From Hyphochytrium catenoides (Eukaryota > Protista > Hyphochytriomycota): a DNA stretch of 41,158 nt. The DNA lies in NCBI GenBank assembly GCA_900088475.1, contig FLMG01003107.1, forward strand, positions 1-41,158, read 5' to 3'. A model generated the notes under the pieces. It saw only the letters and a list, made by a program, of their open reading frames with translations, was not told the DNA's origin and did no database searches. Below are positions 1 to 11,247 of the stretch, piece by piece; the first letter of the stretch is position 1; each line of letters begins with the position of its first letter. Position numbers and translations under genes: made by a program.

Positions 1-779
1 TCTCTCTCTCTCTCTCTTTTCCCATTTCCCCCCTCCCTCCCTCCACGCTCCATGTTGGCCATCAGCGAGCAGTAGTAATACCATTTTCGGTCAACACCCC
101 CGTTTTCACGAATATAATGAATCACAACCACAGTACGGCCTCTGATTCTGAGCACCCTTCAGATGTCCCCCTGGTGTTGTGGGACCTGGCGGTAGGGGCG
201 GAAAAGCCGAGGAGCGACGCGGTCACCATCACTCACTCACCAGGCCTTGGGCATCACACAGCTCAACCTTGGTCACTGCTGCCAGGCAGGTAGTGAGAGT
301 TCTAGAGAAGAAGAGGAGATAGTCAGAGAGATGAGAGCCAGGGCGAGAGAGCGAGAGGGCGAACAGTGTTGGGGGAAGGGAGGAGAAGGCAACGGCTAGG
401 CAAAGGTTGATGTTAGGGGTGAGCCGGTTCGGTAACTTTGGGCTTGGTTTGTCGCCCTCCATCAGCGGAGAGCTGCATAGACGGACTGAGAAGTTCTATT
501 ACCCATTCTGCGGCCGAGACCATTCCAGAGAAATAAGAGCGAGGAGAAACTCCCGACGAAGGATCAAACAATATCTCTTCTCTCGGTAGAGAGAGAATGG
601 AGAAAGACTTGTACACTATATTCACCTGGCCTTAGCATCATGTTGGGAGTTAGCTTCCCTCATCAGCCACACAGACAGAATGATGCGGGGAACATACGCC
701 TCCACCGCTTCTGTCCGTCTCCGCCTCCTACAATACAATGTCTAACAATAGAATCACTAGAGTATCAGCTTATAGAAAA

Positions 780-1257
780 TTATAACTCGTCCTTTGCGGC
801 AGCACTATTATCTACTGAGCCTGTGGAGCGCCGAATGTGAAAAACTTGCGCGCTGCCGTCTTTCTCCTTGACCGTGTGAGACCAGATCTCCTCTAGGCTG
901 CCAGCCAGCCGTGCCTGCCAGGAGTGTCCATCAAAGGTATTATAGCCTTTCGCATCTTTGGGGGGTATGTCTGCCATAGTCTTCCCTCCCCAAAGCAGTG
1001 TGATGGGCTCCTCTTCCTCGTTAATGAACTTGGCATGGACCGGCGTAGAAGTCCCAGAAGAGTCCTCTGACGGTTTAATGCCATAGCGTACATTGTTCCA
1101 GACCCAGAGGTTTGCGCCCCACTTAGTGCCGCTGAGAACGGGGCAGCCTCCATGAGTGGATGTAGGGTCCATGGCGCCTAGTGTAAGCTAATGTTAGAAC
1201 AATCGCTAACCGCTTACATGTCACTAAGTTCCCAGAAATAAAATAGAGAGAGAAAGC

Positions 1258-1299
<42 letters not shown>

Positions 1300-3031
1300 A
1301 AGGAGAGTGGATGGAGATCGCTGATGGAGAAAGGAGAGGTCATCAGGCTTCTCTGTGCTCTTATACTAAATTTTCTATCTCTGTCGAGATAGACTCACCT
1401 GCGCCTGTCTGGCTGTAGAAGAGAACAGCTCCAGCTTTCTTTGGGTAGACCGCAAGCCTAAATGGAAAGAGCAACGAGGGTGGAAGAGGCACAGGAGAGA
1501 GTTGATGCGGAGAGGGACAAAGTTAGAGGCCATGCTGCAGCCAAGATGCGACAACGTATAAAGGACATCACTGCCTTCAGCACATTTTTTTAACCTCACC
1601 AGCTCCCTTAACATCCACCACCTTTCTCCGCCGCACCTTTCCCAACCGCATGTCCATGGGTCACTTACTTCTTGTAGCACTTGTGCACAAGCTCGTACTC
1701 CCAGTCCGTCTCATTGAAAAGCTCTTTCAGCTCCGCAGGTACCGGCTTCTCAGAAAAATCTGGATGCTCCGGGATCTCCCCATGCGTGAAGACAGTCTGT
1801 CCCCCTTGCTCCACATCGCTAAGATAGAGGAAAACTGTCGCGAAGCGGTTGGAGCCATTGCGAGCGGGATCCCAGTTAAAGTTTGCGTCAGCATCAGGCC
1901 TAAAGTAGTCTTCGTGCTGGATATATGCTTGCTTCTGCTGATAACGAAGAATTTGAAGGCCATCTGCCATATCGCGGTTCCAAGGCTCAATGCGGAGAAG
2001 CTTGAACATTCTCTTCATGAGTGCGATAGAGAGTGGAGAGCTAGAATCAAAGGCATTCTCGCTTGTCCTGACATTGGAATGGTTCTTCTTCTTTCCGCCG
2101 CCCTTGCCCACGGAAGAGCGCTGTAGCTTTCTGTCTTCGTCTTTGATGTTCTCGACGTTCGCGATAAGCTGGTCCGCTTCGGAGGCGTTGAAGAAGTTCC
2201 GAATGAGAAGAACTCGGGGCTTATCACTGATGGACTCCAGCTCGACATGTCCTTCAAGGTCTGGCAGACCCAAGATCTCACCGCTGATCCTAACGACGTG
2301 CCCAAGCTAGGGATAGAAAGGGCAGAGATTATAGAAGTTAAGGCGATTTGTCATTGTGCCAGTGAAGAACCAGAATCGATAGAGAGTGACAGAAACTTCC
2401 ATCAACGAGACAGACTGCTTCCCTATAGGGAGAGGACAAAATGCTATCCAACAGTGAGAGAGAGAAGGGCACACAACTTATAGGCAGGCTGTGAGAGACT
2501 GGATGAAGAGAAGACACGCTGAAGAAAGTGAGACATAGCTTTGCCGAAGGGCACACCAGTTTATAGACAGGTTGTGAGAGACTGGATGAAGAGAAGGCAA
2601 CTGAGGAAACGAGGCATGGCTTTGCCTTTGTGCCCTACCTCAACAAAAGGCCAGACGAAGTGAATGCCTTGGGGGACGAGGTACAGCCTCTCTCCATCCT
2701 GAAAGCTCTCGTAGGCAGTCACTGGCTGTCCATTCCCTGTGAAGACGCGATCTGCAACCACTGGCTCGCCCTCAGGTACGGCCTCTCGCTCTACTTTGAT
2801 CTTTGTGGAGAGAAAGGCCGCAAAGGCTGTAGGGTTCTCAAACTCTTCGGGACTGACGGTGATGGTCACCCCATCGGTGCTCTTTCCATTGGAATAGAGG
2901 GTGACGGTCTTGGGTCTGCCTCGCACTACAGCGTCAGCCTCCGCCGTCACGGTGCCCTGCCAGTAACTTAAAGTGAGGGCCAGGAGAAGAAGCAATGGTA
3001 TTGCCACGACTCGATAAGTCTTCGAGGCCAT
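780..3031 (-). CDS. Prolyl 4-hydroxylase alpha-like 2OG-Fe(II) dioxygenase, ER-resident (signal peptide, KDEL), about 495 aa; exons 3031-2639, 2306-1669, 1457-1399, 1177-780
   Basis: GT-AG junctions join in frame (..WPFVE|LGHVVRI.., ..CYKK|LAVYPKKAGAVLFYS.., ..G|AMDPTSTHGGCPV..). P4H motifs are present: PRVLLIRNF, VRTS, LQILRY, H-x-D (QHEDYF), NRFATVFLYLSDVEQGGQTVF, distal His in HGGCPV and the 2OG-binding Lys in GTKWGANLW. N-terminal hydrophobic stretch and terminal AKDEL*. Confidence 0.9.
1246..1296. repeat. (GA)n microsatellite in P4H intron 3
   Basis: Directly visible GA dinucleotide run. Confidence 0.9.
2464..2626. repeat. Imperfect ~82-bp tandem duplication in P4H intron 1
   Basis: Unit 1 (2464-2545) and unit 2 (2546-2626) both start gaagggcacac, share tgtgagagactggatgaagagaag and end gctttgcc. 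Confidence 0.85.
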
Positions 3032-3246
3032 CCTTCTCTCTCTCCTCTTAGGTTTCTCCTCTCCCTTGGCCACGCTGCGCAGCACGTTTTCTGACAGAGT
3101 AAAGGATCTCTGTACGCCCTCCTCGGCGGCTGCGTAGAAGTGAGAAAGTGACGGCGTTTGCTGCTCCTGTCCCTCTCTTTCTTTCATCTTTATGCTGTAA
3201 CACATTTCCTCATCCTCCATTGTAGCTCAAATGCGAACCTGAATCC

Positions 3247-3247
<1 letters not shown>

Positions 3248-3309
<62 letters not shown>

Positions 3310-3520
3310 TGTCTCTCTCTCTCTCTCTGTCATTCTCTGTCTGTGTCTTTCTCTCTCTCTGTGCCTCGTGGTATCTCCCAAACGGCTCCTGGGCAGTCTC
3401 TGTCTTTCTGACTCTGGCTCTGCCTCTCTCTCGTTTCCCTCTCCACTCCCTCTTTTTCTTTCTATTCTGTCTCTCTCTCACTTCCTCCTCCTGTCTCTCT
3501 CTCTCTTCATCTCTCTTCCT
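3248..3520. repeat. (CT)n microsatellite and CT-rich tract upstream of P4H
   Basis: Long perfect CT run at about 3248-3305 followed by a degenerate CT-rich tract. Confidence 0.9.
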
Positions 3521-5282
3521 CATCCATCACAACACAACGGCCGGCCCTCTTCCGCTAACACTGAAACTCCGCTAAACGCTCTTGTGCGCTTGAAAGGTGA
3601 ATACACTTTTTAAGGGTTTTCTCCTCTACCATGGCGGTAGCTGTTTACCGGAGTTTGGCAGGCAATCTAATAAGAACATAGACAGGGACGACTACTGGTA
3701 TCCCATTCCTGATAAGATCATTTGGGCAGATTACATCCATAATATGCCCAATATCGGTATGGAATACAAGGCTTGATCCAGAAAATCCGTTATATCTTAG
3801 GGTTCGGCGCCCTGGATGTCTGTCAGTGTACAGACTATTACAACGACAACAACTGCCGTGTTATCAGGGCTTCGCTGGATTACAGTACTGTACTACTTGT
3901 AGGAGGAGGACAAGCGGGCCAAGCCTTGGCATCCTGGGCATCGCCTGCTGAGAGGGTTCTCAAGCCTTCCTGCTCCTGCTCCTGCCGCTGCTGCCGCTGC
4001 TGTGACCCTGGCCTGGGGCCGCTGTGTACATTCGCAAGGGCTGGCACGACGGTGAATCCGCAGTAAAGTTGGCTGCTGCTGCTGGTGGTGGCGCTCTTGA
4101 CGTCCACGCTGCGGGAGTGATGGTAAGATGGTATGCAGGCTGATGGAGGCGTATCTCTTCCAGGGGGCGGTGCCTGGTGGCGTGCAGACTGCTGGTGGTG
4201 TTTCTCGTTAGGAGGCAAGCAGTGCGGGCGGGCTGCTGGCTGTTGACTGGTGGCGCTTCGCTTCCACGACCAAAGCTGTCCTCAGGGTCTACCCCTCGTC
4301 TTGTGTGGCTCCCGGGTATTATCCTCCTCCTCGATGATGTTCTCTGTTCCTACTTGATTGCTTTGGCCGTGGAGAGCTTTACCTTGCGCTCGCTGTGGCT
4401 CCATCTTTGCCTTCTCGTTAGCGATGGTTGAGAAGATGATGCCCCGCACGACTGTCGCTCATACGTTCAGAGTGTCGCGCGACAGGTCGAGAGGACTCAG
4501 AAATAAGAGATGAGAACGGAGTAGATTGATGTTATGCGGCCAGTTGCAGGAGGGACAGATGATCATCTTCTCCTGGCTAATGAGTGGAACCCGCTTAGCT
4601 GTTCGGTTTGACCTCCTCGTCGGCGTCATTCTTGTCTTCCTATTGCCCTGTCATGCATTCTACTCTTCTCTATAACGATCTTGAGGGGTTCCACCCACAC
4701 GTTGCCGAGCTTCTTCCAACTAATTGGCAGCTCTTTTGGAGTAGATTGCTTTCACTCCTTACTGACCTCTTTGGAGGCGGACATCAGTGGGCTACAGATA
4801 CTACCACTTTGCCCTATGAGAAACCCGTGTGATGAAGCCCCTTACGCAGAACGGAGTAGTCGAGAAGTATCGTTAGATACCGACAATGAAAGAAGACGTT
4901 GAAGAGGATGGTGGGACATGTTGATGAGGCAGAGTTGGCAACGGGATGGCTCTCAGAAGAGCTCAGGTCGGAAGGAGGTGTGCAGCACTAGTTCTGCTGA
5001 TATTATGTGGAAGGGCTACCCTTGAGCTTTATTTACTTAACGATCGACGACACTAGCTAGACATAGAGATAATAGACAGAAGCCAGGCTAATATTGCGAG
5101 AATGATGAGCCTGCCTCAAACACAACGAGTTAGAAGGAGGGAAGCTGAAACAATGGAAGAGAGCTTGGGGAAGGCGTAGTAGCAGACACCATGCCATGAT
5201 CTCTTCTTGGAGTTGGGAATCGCTAAGGCACGAAGGGTTCATCGTGAAGACAGAATAGCCGTCAATATGTTTATGGAGTGGA

Positions 5283-6113
5283 CTAACTGTAGAACACTGC
5301 AAGGAGCACTCCGCACGCAGCGAGAGAGCTAGCTAGGATTGGAGCACCAGTGAGAGATGGAGCTGCGCTTCTCATGTTATTCTTGTTTGTTGGCAGAGCA
5401 CCGGTCGCGGTACCGGCAGCGTTATTGACGTTGCCTTGCGCAGTGCCTGTCATTGTAGAATTAGTCATGCCTCCCATGGTGTTACCACCCATCGTGGTAC
5501 CCCCCATTGTGTTGCCGCCCATAGTGTTACCGCTGCGAGTGGTACCGCCTGCGGTGGTGCCTCCCATCATGGTGCCGCCCATAGTGTTACCTCCCGCAGC
5601 CTGGTTGCCCATAGTGGTGCCTCCCATCATCGTCCCGCCCATAGTATTACCTCCTCCGACACCTGTGTTGCCCATCGTGTTGCCTCCCATCATGGTGCCG
5701 CCCATCGTGTTGCCCCCCATCATAGTGCCGCCCGCAGTGGTACCTCCCATCATTGGATTGTTGCCATTCATTGGATTCATGACAGGGGTATTGCCTCCAG
5801 TAGTCATTCCGCCTCCAATTGTGGTACCTCCCATCGCTCTCGCTGCCGGGCAGACCCCTGGGTTGCACAAGGGTACGTTGTCGTTCTTCTTAGGGTCTAC
5901 CTTGCACACTCTACAGGTCCCTCCGTTTGGAAGAATGTAGCAACCAAAGAACTCGCATCTCATTGGAACTGCAGTCGCACAGAACTGGCCGCCCTGAAAG
6001 TTCATGGGCAGGGCCCCGTTGCACTCCTGATCGGTGGCGCTTTGTCCCTCAGAGACCAGAAGGGTCATGATGAGCGCCGCAGAGAGAGCACTGGTAGCGG
6101 TAAAGAACTTCAT
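5283..6113 (-). CDS. Secreted, probably GPI-anchored surface protein: signal peptide, 8-Cys domain, Gly/Met/Thr/Asn pentapeptide repeats, hydrophobic C-tail (276 aa, intronless)
   Basis: ATG at 6113 gives MKFFTATSALSAALIMTLLVSEGQSA (signal-like). Eight Cys lie in the next ~60 aa, followed by about 19 GG[NT][TM][MA] units. The C-terminus RSAAPSLTGAPILASSLAACGVLLAVFYS* has small residues then a hydrophobic tail with no cytosolic segment. Confidence 0.8.
   Translation of the reverse strand: MKFFTATSALSAALIMTLLVSEGQSATDQECNGALPMNFQGGQFCATAVPMRCEFFGCYILPNGGTCRVCKVDPKKNDNVPLCNPGVCPAARAMGGTTIGGGMTTGGNTPVMNPMNGNNPMMGGTTAGGTMMGGNTMGGTMMGGNTMGNTGVGGGNTMGGTMMGGTTMGNQAAGGNTMGGTMMGGTTAGGTTRSGNTMGGNTMGGTTMGGNTMGGMTNSTMTGTAQGNVNNAAGTATGALPTNKNNMRSAAPSLTGAPILASSLAACGVLLAVFYS
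5460..5747 (-). repeat. Coding 15-bp minisatellite (GGNTM/GGTMM/GGTTM pentapeptides)
   Basis: Recurrent 15-nt units such as cccatcatggtgccg and cccatagtgttacc on the + strand. Confidence 0.9.
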
Positions 6114-6228
6114 ACTTTTTGACTGTTGTCTTTCGGATAAGACTACAAAGACACTGATGCCGGTTGCTTGTGAATTAATGGAGCGTGCTGGTGAGAAGTC
6201 TCTCACTTCGTTGATGTTGGCTCGCTAA

Positions 6229-6384
6229 AGGACTGTGGGAAGTGTCCTGTCGCTGTCCAACTCGTAGTTATTAGCGGTGGTCCTGACTCGGCGAGAACTC
6301 TGCTAAGGGATTGCTAGAGGGCTGGCAGGAAGGGTATCTGAGAGCTAGCTTGGGCTCCTACTGAGGACTGTGGGAAGTGTCCTG
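6229..6384. repeat. Perfect 21-bp direct repeat AGGACTGTGGGAAGTGTCCTG, two copies
   Basis: Copies at 6229-6249 and 6364-6384. Confidence 0.85.
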
Positions 6385-7485
6385 GTCGGATGCCTTTGCA
6401 GGTTTGCTGGAGGGTAAATTGGATAATGACTGAGACTGGGAGCTTCTTCCAATCTCTGCACATGCTAAGACGTACTTGTTAACTTTAAGAGAGCACCAGG
6501 AGAAGACGCGATGGTTGTCTGTGCCACTAAGCCTTGCAAGAGAGAAGCTCCTTCGCTAATTTCATCGTGTCTAAACTTCTCAGATCATAGGGAGGTGGCA
6601 TTCCTTCTTTGGCCCTTCTTCTGTTCCCTTCTTTCCGCTCGATAATAAAGGTAGCAGGACTGTTCATCTCACACTAGATAGAGGACAGCGGCAGCAACCT
6701 GAGGAGGGGTTACCCTGTTGCAACCCTTGGCCAGGTCTTGTCTATGTTGCACTACCGCTGTAGCGGTGCGCTGCACTTTTAATAAGGAGCAGAGACTGTC
6801 AGAAAGCTGTGTGGATACCTACAGAGCAATGCTTCTGAACCCTCCGCAGACTCTACGTGAAGCTCAGTGTTCGCCATCATTGGCCCGGTATCCTCCTTCT
6901 CAGTGTCTCTCGCCACCGCTGAAGCACTTCCATTGGAAAGAATAAGGGGGATGATAGAGCGACCAAGGAAGTCGACACGTCTTTAGTCCTTATTAATCTA
7001 GAGGACGATGTCGTTGCTGCACCAGCCATCGATCCCTCTACGTGCAATAGAAAGAACTCTCTTCAAAGGCTCAACTCTTTCTCCAACAGCACCAGGGAAC
7101 CATGCGACTATGACGGACAAGAGCGTCTCTTATCTTCTCACCTGCCTGCTGCTGCTGCTGCTGCTGCAGCCAAACAACAACTGATGACTTTGGAGTGGTC
7201 TCATGTTATCCCTATGCACTTTCGGGGTAGGACCACCATCTGTCGTTTCCTGTCAGCTCCAGCAGGGAGAGAGCAGACGACGACACCAGACCCAGCGGCC
7301 TCGGCTGCTGCTGCTGCTGTCAATGGGTAAGGCTGCTTCCTGCTGACGCCTCTTCTCTCGTCATAGAAAACTACTTTTCACTTTCTCTTTTTCTTGCCTG
7401 AAGCATCGAAATAGAGCGCACTTGAGAGACAGAGTAAGAAGGAGAAAGGGTTGTACTAAGCAGAGGTAAAGAGAGGGGGGACACG

Positions 7486-7730
7486 AGAGAGAGAGAGAGA
7501 GAGAATTGAGAAAGAGAGAAAAGAGAAGGTAGAGAGAGAGGAGAGAAAGAGAGACTGAGAAAGAGAGGGAAGAGATAGATAAAGATAGCGATAGAGATAC
7601 ATAATTTGAGAGATAAAATATATATATAGAGAGAGAGAGCGAGATAGTGTGTGGGTGAGAGAGAGAGAGAGAGAGAGAAGACGCAGAGAGACAGAGAAAG
7701 AGAGAGAGAGACAGAGCGATAGAGAGAAGA
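7486..7730. repeat. Compound (GA)n/(TA)n low-complexity tract
   Basis: Directly visible. Confidence 0.85.
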
Positions 7731-8972
7731 AAGCGACTACATATCCCTGTCCCCTCTTCCCTCCTATCATCACACGTCCTTTCTGTCCCTCTGACACACC
7801 ACAACCGGCCCCTCCTCACGCTCACTCTTCTAGTATCGTCCCCATGCCTGTTGTCGTTGTTATCGGATGTTCGTAAATCTGTTTCCTAGGTGTCGGACGC
7901 GTTCGTTACTGGGGGAGAACAGCATGAAGATCCATTGCACTTCTTGAAAGGTTGAAGCGCCATCATCTGCCACTTCTATAGACGCCCGCTGCTGCTGCTG
8001 CTGCACTACTGACGACACTGACGCGCCTCCTCGCTGATGGCCCTGGCTTGTCGCCTCTCTTTTGCTCGCTGCTGCCTGCGCTGCTGAGTCTGGCAGGCTG
8101 CTGAGGAGAAGAGAATTGCTAGCACGAGGTAGGATTTAGTAGAATAGCTCAATGCGCAATGAGGGTTTATCAGGGGTTGATGATGATAAGCATGTAATGA
8201 GGGGTGGATGACGGAGATTGATGAGCATTGGTTCGCTGCACAGGGGATGGATGAAGCAGGGTGGCGAACGCGTTCTTATTCTACGATGATAGTGAGGTGG
8301 AGACGATCTTTGAGGGCTGTAAAAGAGAAATGACGAGGACAAAATCGTAGACGGATGTCCATCATTGTGCAGCAGACCACTTTTGGGAGACAACAAAGAA
8401 GACACCATCACTTGGAGTTTGCTATCAACTCCAATGACTGATGTCCTTGAGCCTTGCCATATATTCCGAGTGCCTAATGTTCATTGAACGAGTCCTGAAG
8501 AATGCATAGTCCTTGGGCTTACTAGACTATAGTCTCCGCCTATCAACACCAGTTGCTGATAGAAGTGCGCCTCTTTAGCCACGCTTTTACTACTGATAAT
8601 GTGAGGAGGGTGAGGTCTGGGAAGGAAGGATAAGGGCCTGCGATCGTGTCCACCATCTTTGGTACGCCATCCTAGACCTTATCGTACAGGCAACTAGCGC
8701 TTGGTCCGTCACGAGGTGAGGCTTGAAGCGCGTTCCACATCGCTTGCCATCCTTCAGACCCTGCTTATTATGGCCGCCCAAGTTCCTGAGGCTCCTAACC
8801 CGGTAGTCGTCATAATCCAAGCCCAGGTTTGTTATTGATTTTGGAGCCTTCAAGCTGGAGAAGAACACCTGTGTCCTGTCTTCAGCTTAGGAAGCAGCGA
8901 TGAGAGCTCTCCGTTGTCTTTTTCTTCCGCCCTTGGAACAGACGACTAATGTACCGGAAAGCTGGCCATGGT

Positions 8973-11247
8973 TTAACCCTTTCGACCGTGGGACACTGCA
9001 ACAGACGAGGAAACCCTTTCCTTTTCGTGGAAAACCATTGCGCACGATGAAGAAAGCGTGCTTGTTAAGTGTCTACCAGCCATCTTTATAATGTCACCTG
9101 CTGAATTTATGGCGCGGATCCTTGATTGAGAGCGCGAGAGTCGAAGGATGCCGTTGTATAGGAAGCCAGCGCACTTCGGAAGTGCTAGGCTGCTGGTGGA
9201 AGGAGATAAGTGTGCACGTCCTGGTTCTCTTTGAAAATCAGCGCCTTTACTGCTAAAGGCATGTTGCCTGACGCTTTTCCTTTCTTCCCTGGTGTGGGCA
9301 ACAATTGGATAAGTGCTAGTTCGAACGAGGGCTGTCAGAATATTGAATAAAGACGGACTAGGAAGGCCAAAACCTATCAAAGTAATGGAAACCGAACCTG
9401 CGGCTGATGGAGCCTTCTCCTGCTCCTTGTTGGTAGGTAACAGGAGTTTCCTCTTTGCGGGCTCCTCCCGTTCCTCTACTATCTTGCTGTGTCCCGGCGG
9501 CACGGCCCCATTCAGAGCCGCCACTTTTCGCTGAAACTCTGCCCGTCATAGTGTAAGGTCACATTCGAGCGTCTGAGTTAGAGTAGCCGGTGAAGAAGAA
9601 GTAAACGTCCCCGAGGGACGACTCACTTTTACGCGCAGATCGTAGCTTGTTCTCCACGTTGCATCGTGTACAAGAGCCTCCTTTCCGGTGCCTATGCTTG
9701 GTGCTCTGCATGCATTTAGGTGGTCAGCAGCTTGAAAAGTCCTAGACTAAGAGAAGCAGCAGCAGCACTATCCTTGTTGGGCTTACTTGGATCTGAGCGA
9801 AGGTCCTTTCTATGAACAGCTTCAGTTCTACAAGCTCTGGGGTCGAGCCCTTTGTTTGTGCTTGAGGTAGAGGGAAGAGAAACTCCCCTAATTGGCGATT
9901 CTCCTCGGACAGCGACCGCTTACCGCGCGATGACTCTTCATTCACCTTCCTCTTTTTCGCCTTATGAAGGCCTACATCACCCTTCCCGTTGCCTTTCGTT
10001 ACCATCTTCTTACTGGCGACGCCTTTAGGGCGAGAGAATGTCCGTCTTACTCCCTTTGTTGCATCTACCGCCTGATCCCTGTCAACGTCCCCAAAACTAA
10101 GGACATTCGCTGCCAGAAGCCTCTTCATGTGCACCCAGGTGGGTTCGCTCGGTGTGACAAGAAGGTTCTGCTTCCGTATTTCTTCTTCGTCACCATTCAC
10201 AGTTCTCTTTGGGGGAAGGAATATGGCCCCAGAGCTCCGTACGGTGTGAGAGACATTAAGCGTGATCGCTCCATCCGAGCACAAGGTATAAGAGCCCCAC
10301 ATGTCCTTGATGGGAACGAGTGGAAAGAAAACGAGGCCGTCGAGCAGAAGAATGTATAAGCCATGCTTCATGGGACATGAACCTGAATGGATAGAACTCA
10401 CCTGATCATCGGTCCAAGGGCATGACAACGAGGAGAGGGAGCCTAACCGAATAGCTGGCTTGGCTTCCAAGGTCTGAAACTGCTCTGAGCAGGTGAAAGG
10501 ACAAAGCTCCTCAACTAGGCGGTCGAGTTCCAGTTCATTGACCTGTTCCTGTTAACCATGTTAGAGATAGAGAGCCACTCAGCTCATCAGCAGTCATCAC
10601 TTCAAGCAGACAAGAGACACAAGTTGAGATCAGTGACAATATTATGTAAGGAGGAGACATAGAGGATGAAGATGTAGGCTGCCTTGTCAAAGTAACATTC
10701 CGTGATCTGCGTGGAACCTGCGGCCATAATGGATGTGGCAGCAGGTAGTAGAGACTCTCCTCCAACATCATCATCCAAGAGGTCTAGGAGATGCCAATAT
10801 GTAGAGCTGGAAAGATCTATAGCCCTTGACTGCGCTGCGGGCGTTGCCACGGCCACCGGAAAGGCCTAGATGAGGTTCCAACGTGAGCGAGCCTACCTTT
10901 TCGAGCTAAGAACGGGTTAACGCAGAAGGTGACAAAGACGAATTGCAATGAGGATAGAGGAGAAATTGTGAGACAAGAAGATTGAAAGCAGCGGGCGGGG
11001 CATGGAGCAGTGTAGACACATAAAGAGAGGACGTGGTAAGACGGCAAATAGCTACCTCTAATATGGGCGAACCTCCCGCAGTCATTGAAGAGAGCATCTC
11101 TACCGGGATACTGACCACCTGCCGCGGCAGGAGTTCCGGTGTGTGCTGCCCAGAAGATGCATGAATAGCCTCTTCGGCCCTATGTCTTGCAGCACAAAGC
11201 GGTGCAGTAGAGCCCTTGGTCAACGGAGCGTCTGGGATAAAGCCCAA
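8973..11247 (-). CDS. Orphan multi-exon gene of unknown function (both ends uncertain, 3' part possibly degenerate)
   Basis: Phase-consistent exon chain: ..11056 | 10865-10683 | (GC donor) 10542-9787, possibly with an in-frame intron at about 10401-10307 | 9705-9627 | ~9538 onward. It reads ..GSPILE|AFPVAV..CYFDK|VNELELDRLVEEL..FAQIQ|STKHRHRKGGSCTRC.. No family recognised. Confidence 0.45.

Noticed and set aside
160-625. Possible small spliced gene on the minus strand (exon-like 300-241 and 186-160 with good GT-AG sites)
   Set aside because: No convincing start or recognisable product. It could be the spliced 3'UTR of the P4H gene or chance.
3158-3613. ORFs of poly-(SL)/(ER) here and at 7.4, 15.5, 18.8, 38.7 and 40.1 kb
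   Set aside because: Translations of GA/CT microsatellites, not genes.
3773-4960. Gln/Ser-rich short ORFs on both strands
   Set aside because: Driven by CAG/CTG low complexity. No consistent exon chain or domain was found.
5460-5747. Regular repeats as a CRISPR-like array
   Set aside because: Contiguous 15-nt coding units without unique spacers, in a eukaryotic context with no cas genes.
5350-6122. Plus-strand Pro/Val-rich (PPIV repeat) and His-rich ORFs as possible P4H substrates
   Set aside because: These are antisense shadows of the Gly/Met repeat gene, which has the signal peptide, Cys domain and GPI-like tail.
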